Position numbers and translations under genes: made by a program
Notes under the pieces: generated by a model
Told to the model about the DNA's origin: nothing
Databases searched by the model: none
The model's input: only the letters and a program-made list of their open reading frames with translations
Shown: positions 1-13,487 of the stretch, piece by piece
How positions within the stretch are numbered: the stretch's first letter is position 1
Layout: the number at the start of each line of letters is the position of its first letter
Source of the DNA: Amphiscolops sp. MND2022
Lineage: Eukaryota
Length of the DNA stretch: 64,000 bases
Direction: 5' to 3'
Assembly (NCBI GenBank): GCA_964187785.1
Contig: OZ076413.1
Coordinates: 45,510,001-45,574,000, forward strand

Positions 1-3000
1 AAAGTAGAAATATTACTGTTCGCCGCAAGGGTTTTTTTGAACACGATAATACCTCTTTGTTTTGTTGTTCAACTATTTAGATACTTGTACCTAGCATACC
101 AAAATTATGAGGCAGTGCTTTTCTTTAGGAAAAAGCGTCTATATTCAAGGCTTTTCGTCATTATTTTCCCCCTACACCTGATTTTTCGCGAATAGTTTCA
201 CCGTACAAGTAACTGCTCACTGCCACAATCCCTAAATTTTTCAAATTGCTTTTGTATCTTCCAAAACGCTTACTGGATATCGGGAATAATCATTGCTGAT
301 TTTTAAAAATAATTATCTGCACGGAAGTTGCACAAAAATTATACAAAATCATGCATAAAGTAGTAAACTTGAAAATTCTGAGTTCTTTGCATACTTTGGG
401 CCAATCTGAGGAAACTTTCTGTCATAGTAACTCCACCTTTCGATTTAGCATGCTTGCAGCGACTGTAGTTATACTCTTTGGAGCTTTTCGAAGCTTTCAT
501 TGGACCAAAATTGTCTAATCTCAAGTAAAAAGTCATTAAAAGATCAGAAACGAACATGTTGACGTTTTCGACATTTGCGGACAGTTTTAAGCCATTCTCC
601 AACTGACGCCTGCAAATACGTCCCTACAAAGCCTACTCGATTATAAGTTGTGGAATGTTTTCTAATATTCTGACGCCAAAACACTTCAAAAACTACACAT
701 AATCTGCATAAACACGTGAAGATCTCAAACTTGAAGATCTTTTTTCCGACTCATTTCAAAACTGTTTTGAAGTAATTTTGAGGCCAAACCTGCAACGTTC
801 TCTTCAATAACATTGTATATATTTTCGTTTTTTCTTGTTTCGGAATTTCTAACCCATAAAATTTCTAGGAAATTGTACGCAAATTGCAAAGAAACTTGAA
901 AGTTTTTGACATTTTTGGGTCAATTCGAGACTTTTTTACAAACTGTATTTATCCCCTGACGCAAGCTTACTGAACCAACAATTCGACCATAGTTTAACAA
1001 TTTGAACTTTGTAATCTACAAAGTCTGACGGGTATCTGACAAAAAATGAATGAAAATGATAAAAAATGGAAAATTTTGGTACTTTTGTCTTTTTGGTGTC
1101 AATTCCAGGCATTATTTAAATAAAAACAGCATTTATCTTTTCACAAAGCCTACTGAACAACCAACTCATTCATTATTCACTATTTAAACGTTCCAATCCA
1201 CGAAATCTGTCAAAACGTTCACAAAAATTGCGTGAAAACTTTGGAAAATCATAATGTTTCTCATTTTTTGTCCTTTCCTTGTCAATTCGGGATACTTTTC
1301 ATTTAGAAAACCGCAATAATCATTCCGAAAAAGCCTACTGGACAACAAACTTTTTCATGGTTCATCCTTTCAAACATTTCAATTCACGAAGACTGTCGAA
1401 AATTTTGACAAAATTGCATAAAAATTTTGAAAATGAAGAAAATTTGGTCAATTCTAGGTATTTTTCATTTTGAAGACAGCAATTATTTCTTCCTAAAAGC
1501 CTTTTGGACAACGCATTCTTGCCTTGTTGAACGTTTCCAACATCCTTATTCACGATTTGTCTTTTAAGAGAAGACTATTGGACAATTTGGAATTTTTTTT
1601 ATATTGGGGTCATTTTGGGTCATTAAGGGGTCTCTTTCGTCATTCCCAAAAAAGTCCGAAATTCTTTACAAATACATATCAAACGAAGCTAAATTTATGT
1701 GAGTTGAATTCTATGGGTGACACCCCGTAATTTGAATATAAATTTGCAGCTTGGCAAGTTTTGTATAAAACAATTTGCCGTTTTCTAGTTTTAACAAATA
1801 ACAGGAAAATACGCTTGAAAAGAAAAAATTAACTTTTTTGTACTTATATTGGATCTCGCGAGAACGAAAGCAATATAATTTTTAAAAATTTCTATTGCCA
1901 AACTATATAGGCGCAAATGCACTACCTAAGTTTCAGATTTGTTTAAGACTTCTATAGTTCAAAAGATCTCGTTATTTTTCTTGGCAATAAATCAAGTTCT
2001 GAAGGTGTTTGGTTTTTTTCTGAAGACTTCTAGGTACAATATAAAAAAAACATCACAATGCCGCTTAATCGTTTGAATCTAAAGGCAATTTAGACGATTA
2101 TGTTGAGCATAAATCCAGTTGCTTTTAGCAGTTACAGAGTTGTATGGTGTCGCAGGAATCCAGGCGAACAATGTCAAGAGGAGACGGTGACAAGGTCTCA
2201 CATTCGCCAATTTTGGGAACTGTGAGACAGATAAAAGTTTTCTCAGTAACTGTGTTTGATTATATCGGAAACACTTTGCCTTTTGAGCTTTCAGCCGGCG
2301 CTGATTTGAGCCTTTCCCGGCTGTTTTTTCCAATAAAACGTTTCCACTTAATTTTTGCTCACTGTGATAACGACAAACTGTGATACAACGACAAATTTGA
2401 GGCTCAAAAAATCTAATGCACTAGGAGAATGCAAAGAATTTCGGAGAAAAAATTTTGTTTACTCTTAGGCTATTTTTAAAAGTAACGCCTAAATTATTAT
2501 TTCTGCGATAGAAGGAAAAATTTAGGAATCTGAAGGCGGCAACTTTTTTCAACTGACTTCTCTTTTTGATCCGAGTACCTACTGAAAAACTCAGATATTT
2601 GGTTCAGCAGTCACGATAACTCATTTCTCGTGCAGTGAAACGAGCGAGTGTTAATTATGCGCCGAATTCATTGAGAAGAAGCGAGTGAGTGTTCGGTGTT
2701 CGTGATTATACTTTCCTACGCAGAAGCCTTGAGATGGAGCGAATGAGTGTTAATTATTTGTTCAACGAGAGGTTCGCATGCTTTCAAATGCTAATTCGAA
2801 ACTTCGTTTACGCTCAGAATTTTTATTTTCTTTAGTTTGAGAAGAATTAAAGGCCGTGTAAACTGTTACAGTGATTATTGGTGCACTATATAATGATTTA
2901 ACAGGAGTGTATAGTTAGTTGTTCCAGATTCTATTGATTCTATCCTTCTTTTACTGAACATTAAACCCTAAAAGTAGAAATATTACTGTTCGCCGCAAGG

Positions 3001-5341
3001 GTTTTTTTGAACACGATAATACCTCTTTGTTTTGTTGTTCAACTATTTAGATACGAGTACCTAGCATACCAAAATTATGAGGCAGTGCTTTTCTTTAGGA
3101 AAAAGCGTCTATATTCAAGGCTTTTCGTCATTATTTTCCCCCTACACCTGATTTTTCGCGAATAGTTTCACCGTACAAGTAACTGCTCACTGCCACAATC
3201 CCTAAATTTTTCAAATTGCTTTTGTATCTTCCAAAACGCTTACTGGATATCGGGAATAATCATTGCTGATTTTTAAAAATAATTATCTGCACGGAAGTTG
3301 CACAAAAATTATACAAAATCATGCATAAAGTAGTAAACTTGAAAATTCTGAGTTCTTTGCATACTTTGGGCCAATCTGAGGAAACTTTCTGTCATAGTAA
3401 CTCCACCTTTCGATTTAGCATGCTTGCAGCGACTGTAGTTATACTCTTTGGAGCTTTTCGAAGCTTTCATTGGACCAAAATTGTCTAATCTCAAGTAAAA
3501 AGTCATTAAAAGATCAGAAACGAACATGTTGACGTTTTCGACATTTGCGGACAGTTTTAAGCCATTCTCCAACTGACGCCTGCAAATACGTCCCTACAAA
3601 GCCTACTCGATTATAAGTTGTGGAATGTTTTCTAATATTCTGACGCCAAAACACTTCAAAAACTACACATAATCTGCATAAACACGTGAAGATCTCAAAC
3701 TTGAAGATCTTTTTTCCGACTCATTTCAAAACTGTTTTGAAGTAATTTTGAGGCCAAACCTGCAACGTTCTCTTCAATAACATTGTATATATTTTCGTTT
3801 TTTCTTGTTTCGGAATTTCTAACCCATAAAATTTCTAGGAAATTGTACGCAAATTGCAAAGAAACTTGAAAGTTTTTGACATTTTTGGGTCAATTCGAGG
3901 CTTTTTTACAAACTGTATTTATCCCCTGACGCAAGCTTACTGAACCAACAATTCGACCATAGTTTAACAATTTGAACTTTGTAATCTACAAAGTCTGACG
4001 GGTATCTGACAAAAAATGAATGAAAATGATAAAAAATGGAAAATTTTGGTACTTTTGTCTTTTTGGTGTCAATTCCAGGCATTATTTAAATAAAAACAGC
4101 ATTTATCTTTTCACAAAGCCTACTGAACAACCAACTCATTCATTATTCACTATTTAAACGTTCCAATCCACGAAATCTGTCAAAACGTTCACAAAAATTG
4201 CGTGAAAACTTTGGAAAATCATAATGTTTCTCATTTTTTGTCCTTTCCTTGTCGATTCGGGATACTTTTGATTTAGAAAACCGCAATAATCATTCCGAAA
4301 AAGCCTACTGGACAACAAACTTTTTCATGGTTCACCCTTTCAAACATTTCAATCCACGAAGACTGTCGAAAATTTTAACAAAATTGCATAAAAATTTTGA
4401 AAATGAAGAAAATTTGGTCAATTCTAGGTATTTTTCATTTTGAAGACAGCAATTATTTCTTCCTAAAAGCCTTTTGGACAACGCATTCTTGCCTTGTTGA
4501 ACGTTTCCAACATCCTTATTCACGATTTGTCTTTTAAGAGAAGACTGTTGGACAATTTGGAATTTTTTTTATATTGGGGTCATTTTGGGTCATTAAGGGG
4601 TCTCTTTCGTCATTCCCAAAAAAGTCCGAAATTCTTTACAAATACATATCAAACGAAGCTAAATTTATGTGAGTTGAATTCTATGGGTGACATCCCGTAA
4701 TTTGAATATAAATTTGCAGCTTGGCAAGTTTTGTATAAAACAATTTGCCGTTTTCTAGTTTTAACAAATAACAGGAAAATACGCTTGAAAAGAAAAAATT
4801 AACTTTTTTGTACTTATATTGGATCTCGCGAGAACGAAAGCAATATAATTTTTAAAAATTTCTATTGCCAAACTATATAGGCGCAAATGCACTACCTAAG
4901 TTTCAGATTTGTTTAAGACTTCTATAGTTCAAAAGATCTCGTTATTTTTCTTGGCAATAAATCAAGTTCTGAAGGTGTTTGGTTTTTTTCTGAAGACTTC
5001 TAGGTACAATATAAAAAAAACATCACAATGCCGCTTAATCGTTTGAATCTAAAGGCAATTTAGATGATTAGGTTGAGCATAAATCCAGTTGCTTTTAGCA
5101 GTTACAGAGTTGTATGGTGTCGCAGGAATCCAGGCGAACAATGTCAAGAGGAGACGGTGACAAGGTCTCATATTCGCCAATTTTGGGAACTGTGAGACAG
5201 ATAAAAGTTTTCTCACTAATTGTGTTTGATTATATCGGAAACACTTTGCCTTTTGAGCTTTCAGCCGGCGCCGATTTGAGCCTTTCCCGGCTGTTTTTTC
5301 CAATAAAACGTTTCCACTTAATTTTTGCTCACTGTGATAAC
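1..5341. repeat. Tandem duplication, period 2970 bp (1-2371 repeated at 2971-5341)
   Basis: aaagtagaaatattactgttcgcc starts at both 1 and 2971. The copies stay colinear with only scattered substitutions until ...actgtgataac (2371/5341), then diverge. Duplicated short ORFs in the track show the same 2970 offset. Confidence 0.97.
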
Positions 5342-5997
5342 ATAGTTCTTTCGTCACCTAATAGGTTACTTTCGAAGCTGTGTGACTATTTCCAAAAAAG
5401 CTATTGGTTCATTTCCTTTTTGATACTTTAAATATTTTAAGATGGGAAAAAAGTCACCCATTTGAGCTTTTTTTCGGTACTGTGCATTTTTTTGGCAAAA
5501 TGCTCATTTGAAAAAAGGGTTCTCGCTTGCGCCTTATGGTACCTGGCGAGAGAAGTAGCAAAAAAAGTTTTGGTTTTTTGAGGTTTCTGCTGAGAATAAA
5601 AGCAAAAACGCCCTTTTAAGCCCAAAGAGTTATTTTTCGGAACTTTGAAATTGAGTTTTTCAAAAGACTTATGCCGTTCCCGACTTTTTAAACGATAAAT
5701 GGGATTGAATTTTTTCAAGAGTCATGCTGTGAAATTCTTCTCGTCATTTTTTTATATCTCCAGTCAAAAAATTAAATTTTGATTCAAAAGTCTCTCAATG
5801 GAGCAACCGAGAAACTGAATAAACATCTGGATTAAAAACCAAATAATTATCTTTCACATTACAAGCTGAACAAATTGCCCAGCTTGGTTGCAACTATTAC
5901 TGCAACGTTTTCCACTTGTTTACACCATCTTTCCATCCGGATAGGCACTTTTCCAACTTTGAGGAAAATTATTTAAACGCCTGGGGGTACGTTTCAG

Positions 5998-6216
5998 GAG
6001 AATGCTGATAAAGCATGGGAGAGAGGGAACAAGCTGGATGAAATGGACAGACGAGCGGCTGATCTGGCAGAAGGCTCTAACCAGTTCTCGCAGACCAGTC
6101 GAAAGGTCAACCGCAAATACTACTGGAAGGATAAGAAGATGCTGGCTATCCTAGTTGTTGTGGGGGCCACAGTAGTTGCACTGCTGATTCTTTTCATATA
6201 TTTGCTGGCCAAATGA
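5998..6216 (+). CDS. Terminal coding exon of a synaptobrevin/VAMP-family R-SNARE (not in the ORF track)
   Basis: After the acceptor tttcag it reads ENADKAWERGNKLDEMDRRAADLAEGSNQFSQTSRKVNRKYYWKDKKMLAILVVVGATVVALLILFIYLLAK*. This matches the VAMP pattern (NVDKVLERxxKLxELDDRADAL...F...KRKYWWK plus C-terminal TM helix) with the zero-layer Arg. An in-frame TAA at 5974 shows it must be spliced. Confidence 0.92.
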   Translation, partial: ENADKAWERGNKLDEMDRRAADLAEGSNQFSQTSRKVNRKYYWKDKKMLAILVVVGATVVALLILFIYLLAK

Positions 6217-7748
6217 TCTATTACGTAATTATGAAACGAAAACAAGAATGATTATTGAATTGGTCTATGTAAAGTTTGGGCTCTGAAGGTATTTTATGTT
6301 AGGGAGTGAATTCAAGTTTCCATAAAAACTTACCATTTTTTGCCATTTTTGGAAATTTCATGGAAAGCTTTGCACGGCGATGGTTACGTCCAGTCTTCGT
6401 TTATAAAGTTTCACCCTGTAAGGAATACGGCTAAGTGTCAGCTGTATGCGGTTCCCCGCATTTGGCATTTTAAAAGCAATCCCGAAAAGTCCAAATTCAT
6501 TTTGATACCGTTTTATTCCGTAAGTTAGGAAGAATTTAATCCACAGATTCGAAAATTCATACATGGGTGAGCAAGATGCTTTTACTTTTGAGAGAATACG
6601 AGTGCTCAATTTTTTAAATGATGCTTGTCCCATATACCGCGCCGACTCCGAATCAAATGAGCAATAGAAGCGTCTTGCCAAGACTGATAGAGACAAAAAA
6701 CTATCCTTGGCAGTTTAGAAATTCGCTCATGTCAGCACTTTCAATGTGATGTTATCAGTCGAAACCCCAGATTCGCCCAACAATCAGGTTTCAATAACGT
6801 TCGAATTCATCTATGATGGAAAAAATAACTTTAGTGCGCCAAAAAATGAAAATGCGATGGCTCGTTGCCCAAATTTCTAAGCGAGCCAATATCATCTGTT
6901 TATTCATCTCAATTTTCACGACCGTTTTTGAGAACAACAGTACAAAAGTTCTCTTGAAGCACAAAGCATTAATTCATCAAAGTTTTCTTCAAAAGCCAGA
7001 CCCGCAAGAAACTAGAAAAAAACTGTTCGAATACTTGGGATATGAACGTTGTTTTACTAGAATTGAATTCTATTAGTCATTAATACATGCGAATTTTAAA
7101 ATTTAAGGCTCTTCTGAATGTTTCCAGGGTAATGTAGTTCCGATTCGCGATACCCGTAGATCGGGAACTCGTCTTGATCATAAAATGTGTAATAATTGCC
7201 GAGCGATACTCGATCTTATCCTTATTAAAATTGTATCACGGAGCTAGTTTGAACTGAACACCCCGAAGATAGTCCTCAGTCCTTATCGGACCCTTGTCTT
7301 GGACATATTGTTTCTTCGAGACAACGATCAAAAAGTATCGAAACTTGAAGAGTAGGATGAGCTCTTGAAATAAGAAATCGAAGAGGTCTCCGATGAAACT
7401 ATTGATCCAAGCCAAGAAAACTGCTGAAAAACCTTCACCGTTAACCCAAAAGAAAGTCAATTGACTCTTGGTTCATGAAAAACATTCCAGTCGAAAAATT
7501 TTGCAATCAGGAGTTTTGAAGATAATTCCGTAGATTGATCCTGCGCGTTCATGACAAACGGGAAATCAGATGTACTCATCTGGCAGAGCTGATCCGGCTG
7601 AAGGACATCCGGGCAAAAGTTGGAATCAGAACTGAACCTGTGGCACGGCCTCAAATCCCTTAGAGTGGAGACAGTACTGGGCACAGTCAATGACTCCTAA
7701 ATCTGGCAGCGTTGCTGGATAAAACAGCTCGAGCGCGGTGTATTAGGT

Positions 7749-8500
7749 TTGGGTTTACCCTCAGACTGGATTGATGCGCCATTACGAGTAGGCTTCAGAT
7801 GTCATCAACTAGTATGTGAGGTTCCTTTGATGGGAACGAGAACTCAACCAATAGCTTGTCCTTTCGAGGGCTGCTATTTGACATTTGCCGAAGCCGATGA
7901 ACAGATTAGACACGTTCTCAGAGATCACACATCTCTATCGAAAAAAGTGTGCTGTTTGATCTTAACATGGCACGTTTACCTGCCCGATGACAAACTGCAG
8001 TAAGTCTTTCAAATCTAAAAACTGGCTCAAATCACACCTACAGAGAAACCACGAAAGCGGAACCTTCTCGAGTGGCACCTTCGTGTATACCGCTGAGATT
8101 TGTGAAATTTTTGAAATGAAGTCCCTGATCGGCCTGAGTGCTAATGATCAACCTCAAACATCAGACTTCATCCGAAATAGACAAAGGAAAGCTCTATCGA
8201 ACGATCCTGCTGGACTTATCGTAATGAGTAGTTCTCAAAAATCACTGAGACGAGACCTGACCGTCACAGATCCTCAGCGCTCAGAGAACATCAAAATACC
8301 AAAAATATCGCCCTGTCGGGCTTGGGCACCTCTGCAGAGAAAGTACTAGTTGCCCCAATAAGATATGTACTGACATTTCGATGACATTAAACCCACTCGG
8401 CTGGGTAGAGAAACTTCCAAAGTGAAGTGTCGGTTTCCCAGCTGTCCTGAAGAGCTCCCAACTCTGAAGGGCATCGTGAACGGTCACGCGTGTATAGAAT
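7749..8500 (+). pseudogene. Degenerate C2H2 zinc-finger-bearing coding remnant, probably TE-derived
   Basis: CPFEGCYLTFAEADEQIRHVLRDH, then CPMTNCSKSFKSKNWLKSHLQRNH in another frame, and a third C-x4-C motif near 8430. Broken by frameshifts and stops. Confidence 0.4.
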
Positions 8501-10446
8501 GTACTATGCAACAGGGGTATCGTGAAACTAAGGTCTACAAAGCGGCCTGGTTCCCAGCGTTAGACTGACGCTTATTAATGTCTGGTCACGTGCTTTTGCT
8601 AACTATTGAAAAGTCTCACTTGGACACAAGGGGTATCTGACGGATGAGAGTTGGTGAAAACCCTGCAAATTAATGAAACCTAAGAATGACTCACTCTATT
8701 ACTCTCTTGACTCTATAGGACACCTGCTCCAAATAGGTGGATATAGATAACTAGCTGATACTTCAATGTTCCTTAAGGACTATGGCTACAAAACGGAGAG
8801 CCGTATGATTTCATCCTTAGCTCGATGGAAGAAGACACAACCGACAGCTGCAAATCGCTATAGAAAAACTAACTTAATGAACCAGCACAAGCTTCTCTCC
8901 ACCGAACATGTAACGAATGTCCAACCTAAAGGTCCAGATACATTTGAAAAAAATCGCATTGAAGAGCCAGTTTTGTGCGTTGTACTGATTTTACGTTTGT
9001 CTGGTTGTCTTACGTTATCTTGAATTTCACCTCTTCTTTAACATATCTAAAGGTTTAGATGTTATTCACGTTTTTAGACGTTATTTCGGAAAGTGAAAAT
9101 GTCTGAAAATTGACTTTAAAAACTATCTGAATAACAAAATATTAAACAAAACAGAGGATAAATTCTTAATGAATAGTATCTGAAACCGTATGAATGGTCA
9201 GAGCAGCCTCATCCATGTTAGTTGGAGTGATTGGATTAGTTTAGATTATTTTCCTTTAGATACTATTCTGCATTAACATATCATGTTTTCCCCATCTAAT
9301 GAGTGACATATCCGGTCTATGCACGCTCACCCTTGCCGTCACAAACACCAGCGCCCACAATGATCGCTTCGCGACCTCCGTTCCCGTTAGGACTTTGGTC
9401 CTGTTCCACATCGCTTAGCAAGATGTGCGTATAGGTGGCCTCACGAGAACGTGGGGCACTAGAGGAAATAAGGACATATCGGAGGCACCGTTTTTTTGCA
9501 TCATTCCTACTTCTTGAAATGATGATTTCTACAAAAAACTGGTCTTCCACAAACTTGGACCTTTTTCAAAATAATACCATGGTCCAAATTACAGGAAAAA
9601 ATCCTACAAACTGGATTCTAGGAACTGGTTTTCTACAAAGTGGTTCCATACGGGCGTTTTTTGTCAGTTCGATACAGTCCACGCTGCTCGAGCATTGAAG
9701 GCAAGTCGAGAGATCCCAAAAATATCTTCGCATCTTTCCAAAAACTTTGTCCCGAGGATCAAAACAACAAAGAATGATGAACTTATCATTCTTGGTTCAC
9801 TGCTCGGCTCGAAATCGCAGACAGACTTATTGGAGAAGAAATTCAATGAACTGGAAAAAATTAATGGATTGGTTGAATAACTGGATGCGCATTATGGTTT
9901 TTTATGTTGCAAAATGGCTTCAGTCTGCCAAAATTGTTGTACTTCTTGAGACCCAGTATATGTTGTAATCATCCTGCTCTCTTGGAAAAGTATGACAAAA
10001 CCGTATGCGACGGGCTTTCCACAGTGTGTAACGTGAACTTTGACGTTATTTCGAGTACTCAGCTGGCTCTGCCCGCTGAAATGGTTGGTCTTGAGGTTTC
10101 ATTCGCACCATTAATAGCACTCTTTGCCTATTTGACCTCAATTTTCACAAAAGGTTCACAAAAGCGCTTGAGAAATGGTTGAGTTTGATGAATGAACAGG
10201 AAAGGCCTAGATAGGACCTAGAAATTTTCGACACAACCTCTTTACGTCAGAACCGCCCAAGATTTTATTTCTAGAGTGGATGACAAACGTTCGAGAGTTT
10301 TTAACGCTGATCAAGGCATGTCCGGGTCTGAATGACTGAACGTCGTTCCTTGCAAGAACCTAGCCCTGAAACTTGATGATCAGCAGCTTCGCATTTCAAT
10401 TGGTTTACGTCTCGGAGCCATTATCTGTGTTGCGCATACGTGCCGC

Positions 10447-11364
10447 GGGTGGGCGTCTAACGAGTAGACCGGTCAAAAAGAAAAAAAGTATTTTTAGTGC
10501 TAATGAGCAGACTCGATTTCAGATTAGGGCTAAGTAAGTGCGTCAGACTAGTAGTCTATAGAATTATAATTATAACATAGTCAGCTATGTTAACATACCC
10601 CTAGTGCCCTAAATGCAGGAGCGAAGCGAAGCGGAGCGACGTGCCATACGGCCATGCCTCAATGTTGCTACTTGGGGAAGGGAGCGAAGTGACCTAGTCA
10701 TACAACAAACGGCGCTAAGCGTTTGGATCGAATCAATTTGCGCGAATATGCAATCTGTCACTGATATCGAAGTAAACTGAGATCGAATCGATGTTTTCAA
10801 ATACCTAGGGTTTCCAAATAACATTATTGTTGGACCTCTGATATGCCCCCATTCCCTCTAGTGCCCCGCGTTCCCTTGAGGCCGCTTATGTACCCATCTT
10901 GCTAAGCGATGTCGAACAGGAGCCAAGACTTAGCAAGAACGGAGATCGGGAAGCAATCATTGTGGGCGCTGGGGTTTGCGACGGTGAGGGCGAGCCTGCA
11001 TACACCCTATATGACCCCATATTAGGTGGAGAAAAGTACCAAAAATCTTTTCAACGCTTTTAAATGCTTTGTATGAGCAAAAACACAGCAAAAAAGGAAC
11101 AATTAGATCTCAAAACTTCCGAATCGATCCATTTTCGATCTCGTTTTTTGCTCACACAAAAAATTTATCCAAAAACACCCCACCATAACAAATATGCCAA
11201 CCTCTTCAAACAAATCGAGTTCCCTACATATCGGCTATATCAGCACTCTTTTCATTGATTAGCAATTCCAACTTCTGATTGGTCAAACAATTATGGCTTG
11301 ATTAAAGTTTTTGGTTTTTCGAGTAGTCTGCTTCTTAGACGGTCTGCTTGTTAGACTACTTCCC
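10447..11364. mobile_element. Non-autonomous TIR element (MULE-like MITE) inserted in the CRE element
   Basis: Left end gggtgggcgtctaacgagtagaccg; right end reverse-complements to gggaagtagtctaacaagcagaccg. Flanking gtgcc is duplicated and CRE coding sequence resumes after it. Confidence 0.7.
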
Positions 11365-11525
11365 GTGCCAGTTGAAAGGGACGGTCTTTCTTGAACTAAG
11401 AGTGCTGGTCGCTTCTCAAGTCATGCTACTACTCTAAAATTTTGCATGAAGCAGACGTTGGGGTCTCTCGACTTGCCTTCAGTGCTGGAGCCGTGTGGAC
11501 TGTACCGAACTGACGGTAAACACCC

Positions 11526-12029
11526 GTATGGAACCAGTTTGTAGAACCCTTCAGTTTGTCGAATTTTTTCCTACAAACTGGACCATGGTATTATTTTGAA
11601 TTAGGTCCAGTTTGTAGAAGACCAATTTTTGTAGAAATCATTTTTTGTAGAATTCACCAAATTTGTTGTAGAAATTCAAAAAAGAGGAATGATGCAAAAC
11701 CAAAACGTGCCTCGGATATGTCCCCTTTTCCTCTTGTGCCATGCGTTCCCTTGAGGCCGCTTATGTATCCATTTTGCTAATCGAAGTCGAACAGGAGCAA
11801 AAACTTAGCGCAAACGGAGATCGGGAAGCGATGATTGTGGGCGATGGGGTTTGCGACGGTGAGGGAGAGCGTGCATACACCGGATATGCCCCATATTCTT
11901 CTTTCAAAATTTAGATCTTATTCGTTTAGACTTTAGGCGGTGGAGCTCTCAGGTTCTTGTGTGAAGGATGTCCAGTTTGTAAAATTTAACGATCTACGAA
12001 CTGGTATTCTACAAACTGGACCTAATTCC
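11526..12029. mobile_element. Second MITE in the CRE element, with ccagtttgtagaa subterminal repeats
   Basis: ccagtttgtagaa repeats at the left, inverted ttctacaaactgg at the right. Degenerate flanking duplication aaacaccc/aaacgcgc. It interrupts the CRE endonuclease codons. Confidence 0.6.
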
Positions 12030-12656
12030 AAACGCGCAGCTGGTTGTATCATGATTCCTTGGAAATTGGGAAAACAGCTGATGAGGATCATCACGGTTAA
12101 GGTGCTCTTGCACCCAGTCGCCTGAATCAAGGCTCCCGGCAACCACCGCCACCGAGGCTGAAGCTAGTAAAATTGAAAAATATCGCGAATTAATAGACAA
12201 TGGATACATTTCCAACTGGTGGCCATGGATGTACAGGGTTCTTTCGACGAGAGCAGTGTAAATTTCTTTGTCGTTCGCCGACGATCAACGAGCTGGCAGC
12301 TTTTTGTAGCAACGGAAATCAATGGCTCTTTAACAGAGATGCGTTCGAAGAATTTTTTACATATTGTTATTTTTCAAACCTGTTTATCATTGCAGCTTCT
12401 TTTAAAATTTGTTCCTACCGGATAGTGGCTGGTATGAGTAGTTTGTTGGTTTTTTTTTGATACTGGGTTAGTGGCTGGTATGGGGTTACCTACTTTCGTT
12501 GCAGACCACGGGTTTGTGTAATCTCCCCCAACATGATGACACACTTGGCACTTGATTGATGAAGATCCATGATATCTGATAGTGGAGAAAAAAGTTAGGA
12601 ATAAATAAAAAAATTGTAGGGAAAACAAAGTGTCAAAGTTAACATTAAATTCGTTT

Positions 12657-12693
12657 AATGACGCGTTTTGGATACTTGATCCTTCATCGGATT
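12657..12693 (-). ncRNA. Degenerate minimal hammerhead ribozyme in the Penelope 3' terminal region
   Basis: Minus strand reads aat CCGATGA a ggat caagt atcc AAAA cgcgt c att. This is the CUGAUGA / stem II / GAAA / palindromic ACGCGU-C layout with two core substitutions, about 85 nt downstream of the ORF stop. Confidence 0.65.
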
Positions 12694-13487
12694 GTCTGAA
12701 AAACAAAGTTACATTAAAAAGCAAACAAATAACGCAATTTATTACAAATAATTGTCAAAAACTTGAGTTTACGCAATCTACACCTTCAACGTCAGGTGCC
12801 GCTGCCAAAACTCATCACGCTGGTTAAGCGCAGGAGCGAGCCGGTCGATATACAATGCTTCAAAAGTGAGTAATTTTGATGGAGACTGGCATTTGTCAAG
12901 GATCTTCGCAGCGGGAAACGGAGTGTCAGGAGCACATTGAGTGATATGTTGGGAGACTGGTGCAGACATCCTCTGATGCTCCTTGTCTTGTCGCGAGATG
13001 TCGGATGGTCTGTCCGACATAGCTGGAGTTGCATCCAGGACATTGAATCTGAAATACGACACAACTTCGGAGCTCCGGTGTGAAATCTGATTTCAGTGAC
13101 GGCAATGGAGATTTCAGCTTTCTTGTCGTAAAAACGACTCTTACAGACGTAATTGTCGCCAGTCTTCTCTTAAAAACTTCGGAGATTCTTCCGCGATATT
13201 GCGTGAAGAATATTGATGAATGATCCACTTTTCGTCCAATTTTTAAGCTTTTTCGTTTGTGAGAAGTCGTTTCAAGGTATCTTTGAGGATGGATTCACAG
13301 AAAGCTCTTAGTTACTGATTAATTGACCAGATATCTTTGGCATTTTCGATGACCGCATGGAAACTCTTCCATTCAGAGCAAGAGTTGAAAATTCTATGAA
13401 TATGACCACTTATCAAATACCTCTTGTACCTCAACGGTGCAATTGCCCTGAAGGACAATGAAGTTCCTGTGTCTGTTGGTTTTGTAT

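Larger units (their letters stand above)
9716..12460 (+). mobile_element. Decayed CRE-like (RLE-type) non-LTR retrotransposon, 3' part, interrupted by two MITEs
   Basis: Fragments in order: LIILGSLLG, FSLPKLLYFLR, QLALPAEMVGLEV, a LNVVPCKNLALKLDDQQLRISIGLRLG...HTC zinc-knuckle lead-in, an LEPCGLYRTDGK / MIPW restriction-like endonuclease segment, and EAEASKIEKY. Many stops and frameshifts. Confidence 0.75.

Noticed and set aside
339..1730. Short ORFs in the tandem duplication (repeated at 3309-4700)
   Set aside because: No protein motifs, non-ATG starts and AT-rich composition; their recurrence only reflects the duplication.
10642..10660. 5S rRNA-like start gccatacggccat
   Set aside because: Similarity is limited to about a dozen bases and no 5S internal control region follows.
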